A stretch of 64,000 nucleotides of DNA from an uncultured Verrucomicrobiae bacterium (GTDB lineage: Bacteria; Verrucomicrobiota; Verrucomicrobiia; Limisphaerales; Palsa-1400): assembly GCA_963702845.1 (NCBI GenBank), contig OY969763.1, forward strand, positions 256,001-320,000, in the 5' to 3' direction. This document shows positions 30,839-41,156 of the stretch, one piece after another (the stretch's first letter is position 1; each line of letters starts with the position of its first letter). A program made the position numbers and the translations under genes. The notes below the pieces were generated by a model, which searched no databases, was not told the origin of the DNA, and saw nothing but the letters and a program-made list of their open reading frames with translations.

Positions 30839-30925
30839 GGTTGTGTCGTTCCGGTTATAGCCGGTGCGAACTTTAAAACTCTTCGGTTATTAAACGCTCT
30901 GCCGGGTCAGCCCGGAACTACAAAC

Positions 30926-31996
30926 GTGACTACGGTTCAAATTCAAACGAGCAAGCGGATGCTCAAGTTGGTCAATCCGCTGGAGGATGCGGATTGGGAT
31001 GCGCGATTATTGTCGCATCCGGGTTATTCTTTTTTTCACAGCTCGGCATGGGCGCGGGTGATGTGGCAGACATACGGATACGAGCCGGTGTATTTGACAG
31101 TTAACGATGGTGACCGATTATTGGCCTCAATGCCGTTGATGGAAGCAACGAGCTGGTTGAAGGGACGTCGCGGGATTTCACTGCCGTTCACCGATTTTTG
31201 CGAATTCCTCGATGAACAAAGTTTGGTGGAAAGCACGCTGTTGCCCGAAGCAATCGCATTGGGCGGGAGGCGCAGGTGGAAGTATCTGGAATTTCGTGGC
31301 AATCGCAATCACTTCGCCAACGCGAACGTTTGGAGTCAATACCTCTCACATGAGTTAAACTTGTCGCCGGACACGGACCGGATGTTTGAGAATTGTGAAT
31401 CAGGGGTGCGCCGCGCGATCCGCAAGGCCGAGCGTGAAGGTGTGAAGGTCGAAATCGTGCGGACGGCTGAAGGCATGGGTGAGTTTTATAAGCTGCATTG
31501 CTACACGCGCCAGAAACATGGGTTGCCGCCGCAGTCGTTCACGTTTTTCGAGAACATTCACAAATACATTATTTCGCAATCACTCGGATTTATTTGTCTC
31601 GCTAAATACCAGGGGCGAGTGGTTGCGGGTGCGATCTTTTTGAATCTTGGGACACGCGCTATTTATAAGTACGGCGCATCGGACCTGCGTTATCAGGCAT
31701 TGCGCGGAAATAATCTGGTGATTTGGGAAGCAATCAAATGGTGCGGGGCACATGGACACAAAACTTTGCATTTCGGACGGACGGATTTGCATGCAGAAGG
31801 TTTGCGCCGATTCAAGTGCGGTTGGGGCGCGACAGAGCACACAATTGAATATTTTAGCGTTACGATTTCCGCAACGAACGCTTTTCTGCAAAAAGGCACG
31901 CAACAGGAGACAACGTGGGCCAACCGGATATTTCAGAAGCTGCCGGTTGGGGCTGGACGGTTAATCGGGAAACTCGCGTATCGCCACATGGCGTAA
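30926..31996 (+). CDS. FemAB-like GNAT family protein
   Basis: FFHSSAW, SLPFTDFC, RRAIRKAEREGV, NNLVIWEAIKW, GLRRFKCGWGA. Confidence 0.8.
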   Translation: MTTVQIQTSKRMLKLVNPLEDADWDARLLSHPGYSFFHSSAWARVMWQTYGYEPVYLTVNDGDRLLASMPLMEATSWLKGRRGISLPFTDFCEFLDEQSLVESTLLPEAIALGGRRRWKYLEFRGNRNHFANANVWSQYLSHELNLSPDTDRMFENCESGVRRAIRKAEREGVKVEIVRTAEGMGEFYKLHCYTRQKHGLPPQSFTFFENIHKYIISQSLGFICLAKYQGRVVAGAIFLNLGTRAIYKYGASDLRYQALRGNNLVIWEAIKWCGAHGHKTLHFGRTDLHAEGLRRFKCGWGATEHTIEYFSVTISATNAFLQKGTQQETTWANRIFQKLPVGAGRLIGKLAYRHMA

Positions 31997-32025
31997 CGCC
32001 GAATTCCCGGAAGGTAAAATTATTT

Positions 32026-34251
32026 ATGCGACAACCCGAACATGAACCGCACGCTAGTATCGGCTTGCCCGACATCTACTACGTGCTCTTCAGGCATAAG
32101 TGGAAAATTTTGACGTTCTGCGCAATTGGGATCATCGGCGCTGTCTTGGTTTTTGTGTTGCGCCCTCCGCTTTATATTTCGGAAGCGAAATTGTTTGTGC
32201 GGTATGTGCAGGACGCAAGATTGCCGGCTGGCATGGGCGAAAGTGCTCAGATCAAATCGCCGGATTCGCGCGGGGACAACATCATCAGTTCGGAAGCGGA
32301 AGTGCTGACGAGCCTCGATCTGGCTTTGCAGGTGGTTGATGCAGTGGGACCCGAAAAAATTCTTTCCAAACCCGACAGTGCAAAAGGCAGGTATTTGGCA
32401 GCGTTGATGGTGAGTAGAAACATCCTCGTGGACGTCCCGAAGAGGAGCGACATCTTGAAAATCACTTTTCAGCATACAAACCCCGAAGTTCCACAGCAGG
32501 TATTGGAAAAGCTGGTGGCGCTCTATCTAAAAAAGCATTTCGAGATTCATCGCACCCCGGGAATGATTGATGACGCGCTCAACGCCCAAACAGATTCTGT
32601 GCGCTCAAGGTTGCTGGCCACAGAAGGGGAGTTGAAAGCCCTCAAGAAAAAGGCGGGTATAGTTAACATGGAAGAAACCAAAAGTGCGAATTCCGAAGTC
32701 AATGCCCATCTGCGTCAGGAGATCTTCAGCGTGGAGGCTGAGCTGGCGGAGCGCGAGGCAGCATTTACTAACATGCAGACAAGAGCGCCGGTTAAACGGA
32801 CGAACAGTGTGGCTGTCGATAGCACGGTTCCGCCGGAAATCGCGAACGAATACCAGGGGGTGACTGCGAGACTGGATACGTTTCGCAGGAAAGAACAGGA
32901 ATTGATCCTGCAGTTTGGCGACGAAAACATGCTGTTGAAAACCATCCGCAGTAAGATTGCTGAGAACGAAAAATATCAAAACAAGCTGCAGGTCGACTAT
33001 CCTGCGCTAACCACCAGGTTCAAATCTTCGACGGAAAGCGCGGCCGGCGTCCTCGTCGTTGATTCGTTTGTTGAACAGACGCGTATCATGGCGCTTCGGG
33101 CCAAAATTGAAACGTTGAAGTCCCAGTTGACGAATGTCACTGCCGAAGCCGCTACAATCAATGAAATTGAACCGACGATGGTGGAATTGGAACGTCGCAA
33201 ACAGTTGGAAGAGACCCAGTTCAAGTATTACTACTCCAGCTTGCAGCAGGAGCGTTTTGATAGCGGGATCGGCGAAGGTAAACAAACGAACATTAACGTG
33301 ACCGAAACAGCGACGCCGGCAGTGCGTGACACAGATAAATCGATGAAATTTGCGATCATGATTCTGTTGGGTTGTTCCGTGTTTGGTTTGGTCATCGCTT
33401 TTGTAATCGAATTTTACCTCGATCAAACGATCAAGCGGCCACACGAGGTTGAAACTCGGCTCAAGCTGCCTTTATTCCTTTCTATTCCGCACACGGCTGA
33501 GTTGCCCGGGAACGGCAATGGCCATCTCCAGCTCAAGCCCGGAGACGGTGATGAGGGTACGAAAGTGGAACTCAATGGTTCGGCTGCAATTGCTCCTTGG
33601 GACGAGGAGCACAAGCTTCGTGTTTTTTGTGAGGCCTTGCGTGACCGGTTGGTCACGTATTTCGAAGTTCGCAATTTGACGCACAAACCAAAGCTCGTTG
33701 CCGTGACCGGATGCTCGCGGGGCGCGGGCGTGACAACGCTGGCGTCGGGGCTGGCGGCGGCATTGTCGGAAACGGGTGACGGGAACGTGTTGCTCGTGGA
33801 CATGAATGTTCAGAACGGCGCGGCGCATCCGTTCTTTAAAGGTAAGCCCGGTTGCGCGCTGGCGGATGTGCTCGAAGAACAAAATCGCAACGGTGCGATG
33901 GTGAACGAAAATCTCTACGTTGCTTCTGGCGGTCGAAATACAAATGGTGACAAGTTGCCGCGCATTTTGCCCAAGCGCTTCAGCCAGCTGATGCCAAAGC
34001 TCAAAGCAAGTGATTACGACTACATCATTTTTGACATGCCGCCCGTGAGCCAGACCAGTGTGACCGCGCGTCTGTCCACGTATATGGATATGACTTTGCT
34101 CGTGCTGGAATCCGAAAAGACGGATCGCGAAGTTGTGAAACGTGCGACGGCACTGCTCGGTGAATCGAAGGCCAACGTGACCGCGATTCTGAACAAGACC
34201 CACAATTACGTTCCCCGCAAGTTGCATCAGGAGTTTTTGAGCAACGCATAA
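32026..34251 (+). CDS. wzc: Polysaccharide co-polymerase/chain-length regulator (Wzc/GumC-like) with a degenerate kinase domain
   Basis: Two TM helices flanking a periplasmic coiled coil; C-terminal P-loop domain (VDMN, YDYIIFDMPP), but Walker A reads GAGVTT. Confidence 0.85.
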   Translation: MRQPEHEPHASIGLPDIYYVLFRHKWKILTFCAIGIIGAVLVFVLRPPLYISEAKLFVRYVQDARLPAGMGESAQIKSPDSRGDNIISSEAEVLTSLDLALQVVDAVGPEKILSKPDSAKGRYLAALMVSRNILVDVPKRSDILKITFQHTNPEVPQQVLEKLVALYLKKHFEIHRTPGMIDDALNAQTDSVRSRLLATEGELKALKKKAGIVNMEETKSANSEVNAHLRQEIFSVEAELAEREAAFTNMQTRAPVKRTNSVAVDSTVPPEIANEYQGVTARLDTFRRKEQELILQFGDENMLLKTIRSKIAENEKYQNKLQVDYPALTTRFKSSTESAAGVLVVDSFVEQTRIMALRAKIETLKSQLTNVTAEAATINEIEPTMVELERRKQLEETQFKYYYSSLQQERFDSGIGEGKQTNINVTETATPAVRDTDKSMKFAIMILLGCSVFGLVIAFVIEFYLDQTIKRPHEVETRLKLPLFLSIPHTAELPGNGNGHLQLKPGDGDEGTKVELNGSAAIAPWDEEHKLRVFCEALRDRLVTYFEVRNLTHKPKLVAVTGCSRGAGVTTLASGLAAALSETGDGNVLLVDMNVQNGAAHPFFKGKPGCALADVLEEQNRNGAMVNENLYVASGGRNTNGDKLPRILPKRFSQLMPKLKASDYDYIIFDMPPVSQTSVTARLSTYMDMTLLVLESEKTDREVVKRATALLGESKANVTAILNKTHNYVPRKLHQEFLSNA

Positions 34252-34260
34252 TTTCGTTTT

Positions 34261-34290
34261 ACCCGCCGGGGTGGACCGTGGCGGGTTTTT
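34261..34290 (+). terminator. Intrinsic terminator inside the EPS operon
   Basis: ACCCGCC...GGCGGGT followed by TTTT directly after the wzc stop; a degenerate REP-like GCCGCCTCACGTGGGCGGC follows. Confidence 0.7.
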
Positions 34291-34339
34291 CGTTTCGTGG
34301 ATCCGCCGCCTCACGTGGGCGGCAATGAATTAATCAGGA

Positions 34340-36454
34340 ATGAAGTTAAGACGACTCTATTACCACGTTAAACCGTTTCTGCCCTGGCGTCTTCGCATGG
34401 CGGCCCGAGGCGTCCTGGCGCGCAGGACGTTGAAGGCCTCCAAAGGCGTTTGGCCCATCGATCACGTTGCCGCGCGTAAGCCCGATGGCTGGCAAGGCTG
34501 GCCCAATGGTAAGCAGTTTGCGGTAGCGCTCTCGCATGACGTGGAAGGACCTAAGGGGCTGGAGCGTTGCCCTCAATTGATGGCCTTGGAAGAGGCCCGT
34601 GGTTTCCGGTCTTCTTACAACCTGATTCCTGAAGGGTCCTATTCGGTTCCCAAACAGCTCCGCGAAGACATGGTGTCGCGCGGTTTCGAAGTCGGCGTGC
34701 ACGACTTGAAGCACGATGGGAAGCTTTATACTTCGCGCTCTGTATTCCATGACAATGCCCAGCGGATCAATAAGTATTTGAAAGACTGGAACGCGGTCGG
34801 TTTTCGTTCCGGTTTCATGTACCACAATCTCGAGTGGCTGCACGATTTGGATTGTCTTTATGATGCGTCGACGTTCGATACCGATCCGTTCGAGCCGCAG
34901 CCGGACGGTGTTGAAACGATCTTTCCGTTTTGGGTCAGCGCGCCGGGGCGTAAGGGTTATGTCGAATTGCCCTACACTCTATGCCAGGACTCGACGATGT
35001 TTATTTTGTTGCGTGAACAGACGATCGATCTCTGGAAGCGCAAGGTCGATTGGGTGGCGCAGCACGGCGGGATGGTGTTGCTCGATACGCATCCCGACTA
35101 CATCAGATTTGGTGCGCAAAGTCCAAATGCACAGGGTTACCCATGCTCGTTTTACTCGGAGTTGCTCGAGTACATCTCGACGACATATCAAGGTCAGTAT
35201 TGGCATGCGTTGCCGCGGCAAGTGGCCGAGTATTGTGCGGAATTCAAACCGCAGCTGCCGGTCGGGCAGCGGCGCCGGCGAATCTGTGTCGTTTCGTTTT
35301 CGGCTTACGAGAGCGACAATCGGGTGATTCGTTATGCCGAGGCGTTGGGAAGCCGTGGAGATAAAGTGGACGTCCTTGCCGTTAAGGCCTCTTCTTCAGA
35401 TCCGGATTCCGAACGCATTGGTCATGTCAATGTCACGCGGCTGCAGGCGCGTGAGCGAAAGGATAGTCGCACTAAAATAGGCTACGCATTGCCGCTGATC
35501 CGTTTTTGGTTCTCGTCGTCATTCTGGCTCGCGAGAAAACATCTTAAGCAACGATACGACCTGATCCATATCCATAATCTTCCTGATTTTTTGGTGTTCG
35601 CGGCATGGTTTCCCAAGCTGACCGGGCGCAAAGGTCATTTTGGACATTCACGATATCGTCCCGGAATTTTTTGTGAGCAAGTTTAAGGCGGATCCGGAGG
35701 GTTCCGGGGTGAAGTTGCTCAAGCGCATTGAACGCGCTGCCGCCCGGTTCGCCGACCACGTCATTATTTCCAACCATCTCTGGCTCGACAAGTTTGTCGC
35801 ACGATCGGCGTCGCCAGAGAAATGCACGGTGCTGATCAATCACGTTGATTCGCAGTGTTTTTCCCGCGCAAGCGAACGCGAACTGACGGCAAATTTATCA
35901 TTTTGTTCCCTGGCGGTTTGCAGTGGCACCAGGGTTTGGACATTGCGATTCGCGCGTTTGCCAGGATTGCGGAGAGCGTTCCGAACGCGGAATTTCATAT
36001 CTACGGCGACGGCAGCATGCGTGAGGATTTGATTGCGCTTGCGGAAACTTTGAATTTAAACGGCCGGGTCCTCATCCGCAAACCGGTGCCGGATCCGGAC
36101 ATCGCGAAGCTGATGGCCGATGCCGACCTTGGCGTTGTGCCCAAACGGGCTGATACGTTCGGCAACGAAGCTTACAGCACCAAGATCATGGAATTCATGT
36201 CAGTCGGGGTGCCGGTCATTGTTTCGCGAACGAAGATTGACAGCTTTTATTTTGATGACAGTGTCGTGCGCTTCTTCGAATCAGGCAACGAGGAGGATCT
36301 GGCGCAGGCGATGACGGAAGCGATTTGTAAAAAGGAAATGAGGCAGAAATTCGTCACGAATGCCTTTGCATATGTGGCGCGACACAATTGGAAAACAAAG
36401 AAGGGTGAGTTTCGGCAGTTGGTGGATGGTTTAACCAGCCGCAACGGGCACTGA
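34340..36454 (+). CDS. Polysaccharide deacetylase-glycosyltransferase family 4 fusion; indels at ~35625 and ~35855
   Basis: SHDVE, EVGVHDLKH, THPDY (deacetylase), then D.RV.R.AE.L, HIHNLPD, DIHD..PE, STKIMEFM..G.PVI (GT4). The three ORFs join by single-base fixes. Confidence 0.8.
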
Positions 36455-36490
36455 CCCGGTCGCTTCCTGCTGCACTGCATAATATCGGCC

Positions 36491-37339
36491 ATGCGTCTGG
36501 ATCGTGTTCTTAGCGTTTATTTTTTCCATCCGGCCGGACGGGCCGTCGTTGGAGGCCGGACGCGTGCGTTGCCCATACTGATGTATCACGGGATCAGCGA
36601 CGAACCGGAACGTGGCGCTGCTTATTACAAGGTGAACACCGCCCCGGCTGTGTTCGAGCGGCAGATGCGGTTTTTGCACGAATGCGGCTACGAAACGATT
36701 ACTTTAAGTGAAGCGGTGCGGTTGTTGAATCGACGCGAATCGCCCGGGCCGAAGCGGGTGGTCATCACCTTCGATGACGGTTATCGCAATTTCTACACGC
36801 AAGCATTTCCGGTCCTGCAGAAGTTCGGTTTCACCGCGACGATGTTCCTGCCCACTGCGTATATCGGCGCGACGCGCACCTCGTTCAAGAACATCGAATG
36901 CATGACCTGGGACGAAGTGCGGGAATTGCGCAAAGCAGGGATTGAATTTGGTTCACACACCGTGTCGCATCCGAAACTTGTCGAATTGAACTGGAACGAT
37001 GTCGAACGCGAGTTGCGCGATTCGAAGACCGAAATGGAAACACAACTGGGCGCTCGCATCACGACGTTTGCGTATCCCTTCGCGTTCCCGCAGGCGAAGC
37101 CGTTGTTCGTCCAGAAATTTGGCGATGCGCTCGTCGAGAACGGTTATCGCTGCTGTTTAACTACAGAAGTGGGCCGTGCTCGTCCGGGAGATAACGTGTA
37201 TCGCCTCAAACGTTTGCCGGTGAATACGGAAGACGATGTGAATTTATTCCGCGCAAAGCTCGAAGGTGGATATGACTGGTTGGCGTTGCCGCAAGCAATG
37301 GTCAAACGGGTCAAAAGCTTTTCAACTCAACCTGCCTGA
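36491..37339 (+). CDS. Polysaccharide deacetylase (CE4)
   Basis: PILMYH, ITFDDGY, GSHTVSHP, FAYPF. Confidence 0.92.
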   Translation: MRLDRVLSVYFFHPAGRAVVGGRTRALPILMYHGISDEPERGAAYYKVNTAPAVFERQMRFLHECGYETITLSEAVRLLNRRESPGPKRVVITFDDGYRNFYTQAFPVLQKFGFTATMFLPTAYIGATRTSFKNIECMTWDEVRELRKAGIEFGSHTVSHPKLVELNWNDVERELRDSKTEMETQLGARITTFAYPFAFPQAKPLFVQKFGDALVENGYRCCLTTEVGRARPGDNVYRLKRLPVNTEDDVNLFRAKLEGGYDWLALPQAMVKRVKSFSTQPA

Positions 37340-38214
37340 TGACCAGAAATAGAATTGTCATAATTAGTCCGGTTCGCAACGAGGGCAGGCACTTGCAGGC
37401 CACCATTAGTTCAATGGTCGCGCAATCGTTGCGGCCGAAGTTGTGGGTGCTGGTGAACGATGGTTCGACGGACGAGACCGCTGCGCAAATCGACGCCGCG
37501 GCGCGTGAACATTCCTGGATCAAGACCGTTCACCGCAAGGATCGCGGGGCCCGTAAGGCAGGCGGGGGCGTGATTGAAACGTTTTACGACGGTTACCCGC
37601 TCGTTGAAAATGAGGAGTGGGACTACATCGTGAAGTTCGACGGGGACCTTTCCTTTGAGCCGGACTATTTCGAACGATGCCTCAAGCGATTTGAGGAAGA
37701 CCCGGAGCTCGGCGTAGGCGGTGGACTCATTTGTAGTCTGATCAATGGCGTGTTGGAAGAAGAGTCCAAAGGCGATCCGCTTTTTCACGTCCGCGGCGCG
37801 ACGAAGATCTATCGTCGGAAATGTTGGCGCGACATTGGTGGACTGTTGAAGTCCTCTGGCTGGGACACGTTGGATGAAGTGAAGGCCAACATGTGCGGTT
37901 GGACTTCCTGCAGCTTTCCTGAACTGAAACTGCTGCATCATCGCCAAACGGGCGCAGCTGATGGTGCTTGGAAAAACTGGGTGAAGAACGGGCGGGCAAA
38001 TTATTTTTCCGGATATCATCCATTATTCATGTTGCTGAAATGCGCCAAGCGCGTTTTCCAAAAGCCTTATGGCGTTGCCGCATTTGGACTGTTGAGTGGT
38101 TACGTTTCAGGATACATCCAGCGCTCGCCGCAGGTGCCCGACAGGGAACTGATTCGCTATTTACGCCGCCAACAGATCAACCGTCTCATGTTGCGCCAGA
38201 GTCTCTGGAGTTAG
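37339..38214 (+). CDS. Glycosyltransferase family 2
   Basis: SPVRNE, VNDGSTD, KFDGD, GWDTLDE. Confidence 0.9.
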   Translation: MTRNRIVIISPVRNEGRHLQATISSMVAQSLRPKLWVLVNDGSTDETAAQIDAAAREHSWIKTVHRKDRGARKAGGGVIETFYDGYPLVENEEWDYIVKFDGDLSFEPDYFERCLKRFEEDPELGVGGGLICSLINGVLEEESKGDPLFHVRGATKIYRRKCWRDIGGLLKSSGWDTLDEVKANMCGWTSCSFPELKLLHHRQTGAADGAWKNWVKNGRANYFSGYHPLFMLLKCAKRVFQKPYGVAAFGLLSGYVSGYIQRSPQVPDRELIRYLRRQQINRLMLRQSLWS

Positions 38215-38266
38215 ACGTCGTCGCTCGCATCCGAACCTGACGGTTCATCAGCAAACCTTTGCCGCT

Positions 38267-40093
38267 ATGGGAGATTTTGTTCTCGATTTTCGTCCGCGCC
38301 AGCAGCGGCAGCTTTCAAAGGCTGCGGCTGCGCTGACGTTCGTCGACGGAACGAAGGTTCATGTGTTCGACGAACCGGAGTTCGGACTCATTTTGACGAC
38401 TGTTGATGACCCGGCATTGTGGGCGCCATTTCGCTCGCCGGACGGAAAACTGCTCGTCGCACTGAATGGCAGGGTTGCTCTGTCCCAGAAGGAATGGGAC
38501 GCAGCAGCACGAAGGGTTGGGCCGGGTGGACTCGCCTGCAAAAATATTTACGAGCTCTATCGTTCAGGCGGCAAGTCGGCATTGCAGGAACTGAACGGAG
38601 GTTTCACTGCGTTCGTTTATGACAGGGAAGCCGGCGCATTCCATCTTGTCACCGACCGTTGCGGCATGGCTGTCGTTTATGGTCCGCAGGCGCTTGCGGG
38701 ATCGTTGGTGTTCAGTTCGCATCCGGACGCACTTGCCACGTTGCTTGGCGAGGAGCAAAACCTCGATCTGATTTCTCTTACTCAGTTTTTAATGGCTGGG
38801 CATCTAACGTTTCCATTCACCTACTACGATCGTGTGCGCGCGTTGGATTTGGGTACGATCTACACCTTTGCAGTGGATGAAAGCGGGACATCAGTGCAGT
38901 CGAAATCGAAGTACTTTGATTTCAATTTCACGATCGACGGTGCTTCCGTCGATGATCTCGCCGGCACCCTCGCGCAAGCCTTTGGGAATGCCATAAAGAA
39001 ACGAACCTTGCCGTTGTTAGGCCAATCTTTTGTCGGCCTGAGCGGCGGACTCGACTCTCGCGCGATTTTGGCGGCGGCACCCGAACGTGGTCATGTCCGC
39101 TCGTTCAACTTGTTCGATCAAAAGAATCTGGAATACCGGACCGCGAAGCGGTTGGCCAATTCCATGAGTGTTGAACTCGTTCCATTTCAACGTGATTTCG
39201 ATTACTACGCCAATACGGCAGAAGCCGGCGTGCGCATTTCCGGCGGGGTCGGTTCTATCGCCAGCAATCATTTCCTCGGGGTTCGGGACAAGCTGGCGGC
39301 CTTGGGCGCCCAAAATTTACTGACTGGCTGTTACTGCGACTATCTGCTCAAGGCGCTTGCCCTCAACACTCAAGAGCAACAGCTTTCCAGACAGGAACAG
39401 CTTTCGACCTTTAATTTTGGTTTTTACCGGCCGTTTTATTGGCTGAACGGTTCGCAACAAGAGAACGTTCGCCAGCGTTTTGAACAGATGTTTCCCGAAG
39501 GCAACAAATCAAAGTTAACCGAGGACGACTGGTTGCAAATCGAGCGGAAGCGAAGTTTTCCACTGGCGTATGAAGGCGACCTCGCCCAACGCGTGATCCC
39601 CCTGCGAACGATGCCCTGGTATCTCCCGATCGTGGACAACGAAATCATCAACACCTACCTGAAGATCCCGTCTCGTCTGAAACTCAACGGGGCGATCTTT
39701 AAAACAATGGCTCGGATTGTCTGTGGTGATGTCGCCAGCAAAATTCCCGACAGCAACTCCGGCGCGGCTCTTGATGCTGCTGGTTGGAATTATTCGATTC
39801 ACCGCTATCTCTCCGCATTGCAAAACCGGATCGCACACAAGGTCCGGCCTCGCATGGCGACTCGGGGATCCTGGCCGAACTGGGAGTACTACATCCAAAA
39901 CAGCGCGAAAATTACCCAGCTTTGGTTGCGCAAGAATGATACCGCCAGTCAGGTGTTTGTCTCATTGCTGGGTTACGACCCGACATCACGGCCTCCGGCA
40001 TCGTTCCGCGGGCGCGATGTCGAACTGTTCATGCGCTTTTTCACTTTGAAACTTTGGCTCGAACAACGCGCCGTCGGTATTGCACGAAATTGA
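38267..40093 (+). CDS. Asparagine-synthetase-related ATP-dependent amidoligase lacking the N-terminal Cys
   Basis: LNGGF....YD.......VTDRCG (GATase-like fold), PP-loop GLSGGLDSR; the protein starts MGDF. Confidence 0.85.
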   Translation: MGDFVLDFRPRQQRQLSKAAAALTFVDGTKVHVFDEPEFGLILTTVDDPALWAPFRSPDGKLLVALNGRVALSQKEWDAAARRVGPGGLACKNIYELYRSGGKSALQELNGGFTAFVYDREAGAFHLVTDRCGMAVVYGPQALAGSLVFSSHPDALATLLGEEQNLDLISLTQFLMAGHLTFPFTYYDRVRALDLGTIYTFAVDESGTSVQSKSKYFDFNFTIDGASVDDLAGTLAQAFGNAIKKRTLPLLGQSFVGLSGGLDSRAILAAAPERGHVRSFNLFDQKNLEYRTAKRLANSMSVELVPFQRDFDYYANTAEAGVRISGGVGSIASNHFLGVRDKLAALGAQNLLTGCYCDYLLKALALNTQEQQLSRQEQLSTFNFGFYRPFYWLNGSQQENVRQRFEQMFPEGNKSKLTEDDWLQIERKRSFPLAYEGDLAQRVIPLRTMPWYLPIVDNEIINTYLKIPSRLKLNGAIFKTMARIVCGDVASKIPDSNSGAALDAAGWNYSIHRYLSALQNRIAHKVRPRMATRGSWPNWEYYIQNSAKITQLWLRKNDTASQVFVSLLGYDPTSRPPASFRGRDVELFMRFFTLKLWLEQRAVGIARN

Positions 40094-40098
40094 CCCCG

Positions 40099-41062
40099 AT
40101 GACACCTGACCTGTCCATTATCATCGTCAATTGGAACACGCGCGATTTGTTGGAGAATTGTTTGCGGTCGATAGAAAATTCGCGTGGTGATCATTCAATC
40201 CAGACCATCGTCGTCGACAACAACTCAGCCGATGGTTCTCGGGAAATGGTCGAAAATTTGTTTCCACAGATGCTGCTGATTAACTCCGGTGGAAACGTTG
40301 GATTTGCTCGTGCAAACAATGCCGCTCTGCCGCGAGCGACATCGCCGCTGGTTCTGTTTTTGAACCCCGATACCGAAGTTTCCAGGGCCGGCCTGGATAA
40401 GATGATTTCTTTCATGAAAGCGGACCCATCGGTGGGCGCGTTGGGCTGCAAAATCCGCAACAGTTGCGGCAGTGTCCAGCAATTGGGCATACAACGATTC
40501 CCGTCGCCCGTCGGCGAATTGATGAAGATGCTGTGCCTTTCAGAACGGACACAGCCTCGTCTGGGCCGATTGTTTCCATACCACGACCCCGAAAAATCGG
40601 GTGAAGTGAAAAAGCTTTTTGGCGCATGCCTGCTGGTGCGTCGTGCTGTGTTGGACAAGGTCGGATCGTTCGACGAGCGCTTCTTCATGTATTGCGAAGA
40701 TGTCGATCTTTGCCAGCGTATTCTCAAAGCTGGTTGGCGGCTTTATTATTTAAGCGAAGTAGAAATCTTGCACTTGGGCGGCAGCGCGAGCTCGAATGCA
40801 ACGAGCTATTTTTCCGTGCTGATGATGTGCGAATCATTGTCACAATTGATGGACAAGTATTACGGTAAGCTCGGGAGCGTGTCCTATCGCATTGCCACAT
40901 TATTGGGCGCTCAAGCCCGGCTGATGGTATGGTTTGCGTTGAGGATTTCGCGAACCGTTGGCCTGTTGCGCCGCAGTTGGTTGCCCCCAGCGACTTCAGG
41001 GAAGGTACGTGACCATCACGAAATGGTGCCTGGGGCTGCAGAAGCCGGTCGTTAAGCAATAG
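40099..41062 (+). CDS. Glycosyltransferase family 2 (rhamnosyltransferase-like); probable indel near the 3' end
   Basis: SIIIVNWN, VDNNSADGS, GFARANN, LNPD, FDERFFMYCEDVDLC. An alternative frame ends KWCLGLQKPVVKQ at ~41062. Confidence 0.88.
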
Positions 41063-41156
41063 ACGCAGAGGCAGGGGCAGGACGTCTGAACTCTCTGAGA
41101 ACTAGTTACAATTAGCTCGCATTCGGTAGCTCTACGGAACCATTTGCTAATCTCTG

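Noticed and set aside
1950..41000. Frameshifts in the surface protein (~1951, ~2885), MMPL (~16356), sugar transferase (~27490-27515), deacetylase-GT4 (~35625, ~35855) and GT2 (~40990) as programmed frameshifting, phase variation or pseudogenes
   Set aside because: Those I could localise are single-base indels in 1-3-nt runs, scattered over unrelated genes with otherwise intact domains and no slippery heptamers. This is typical of long-read consensus error and needs read polishing to confirm.
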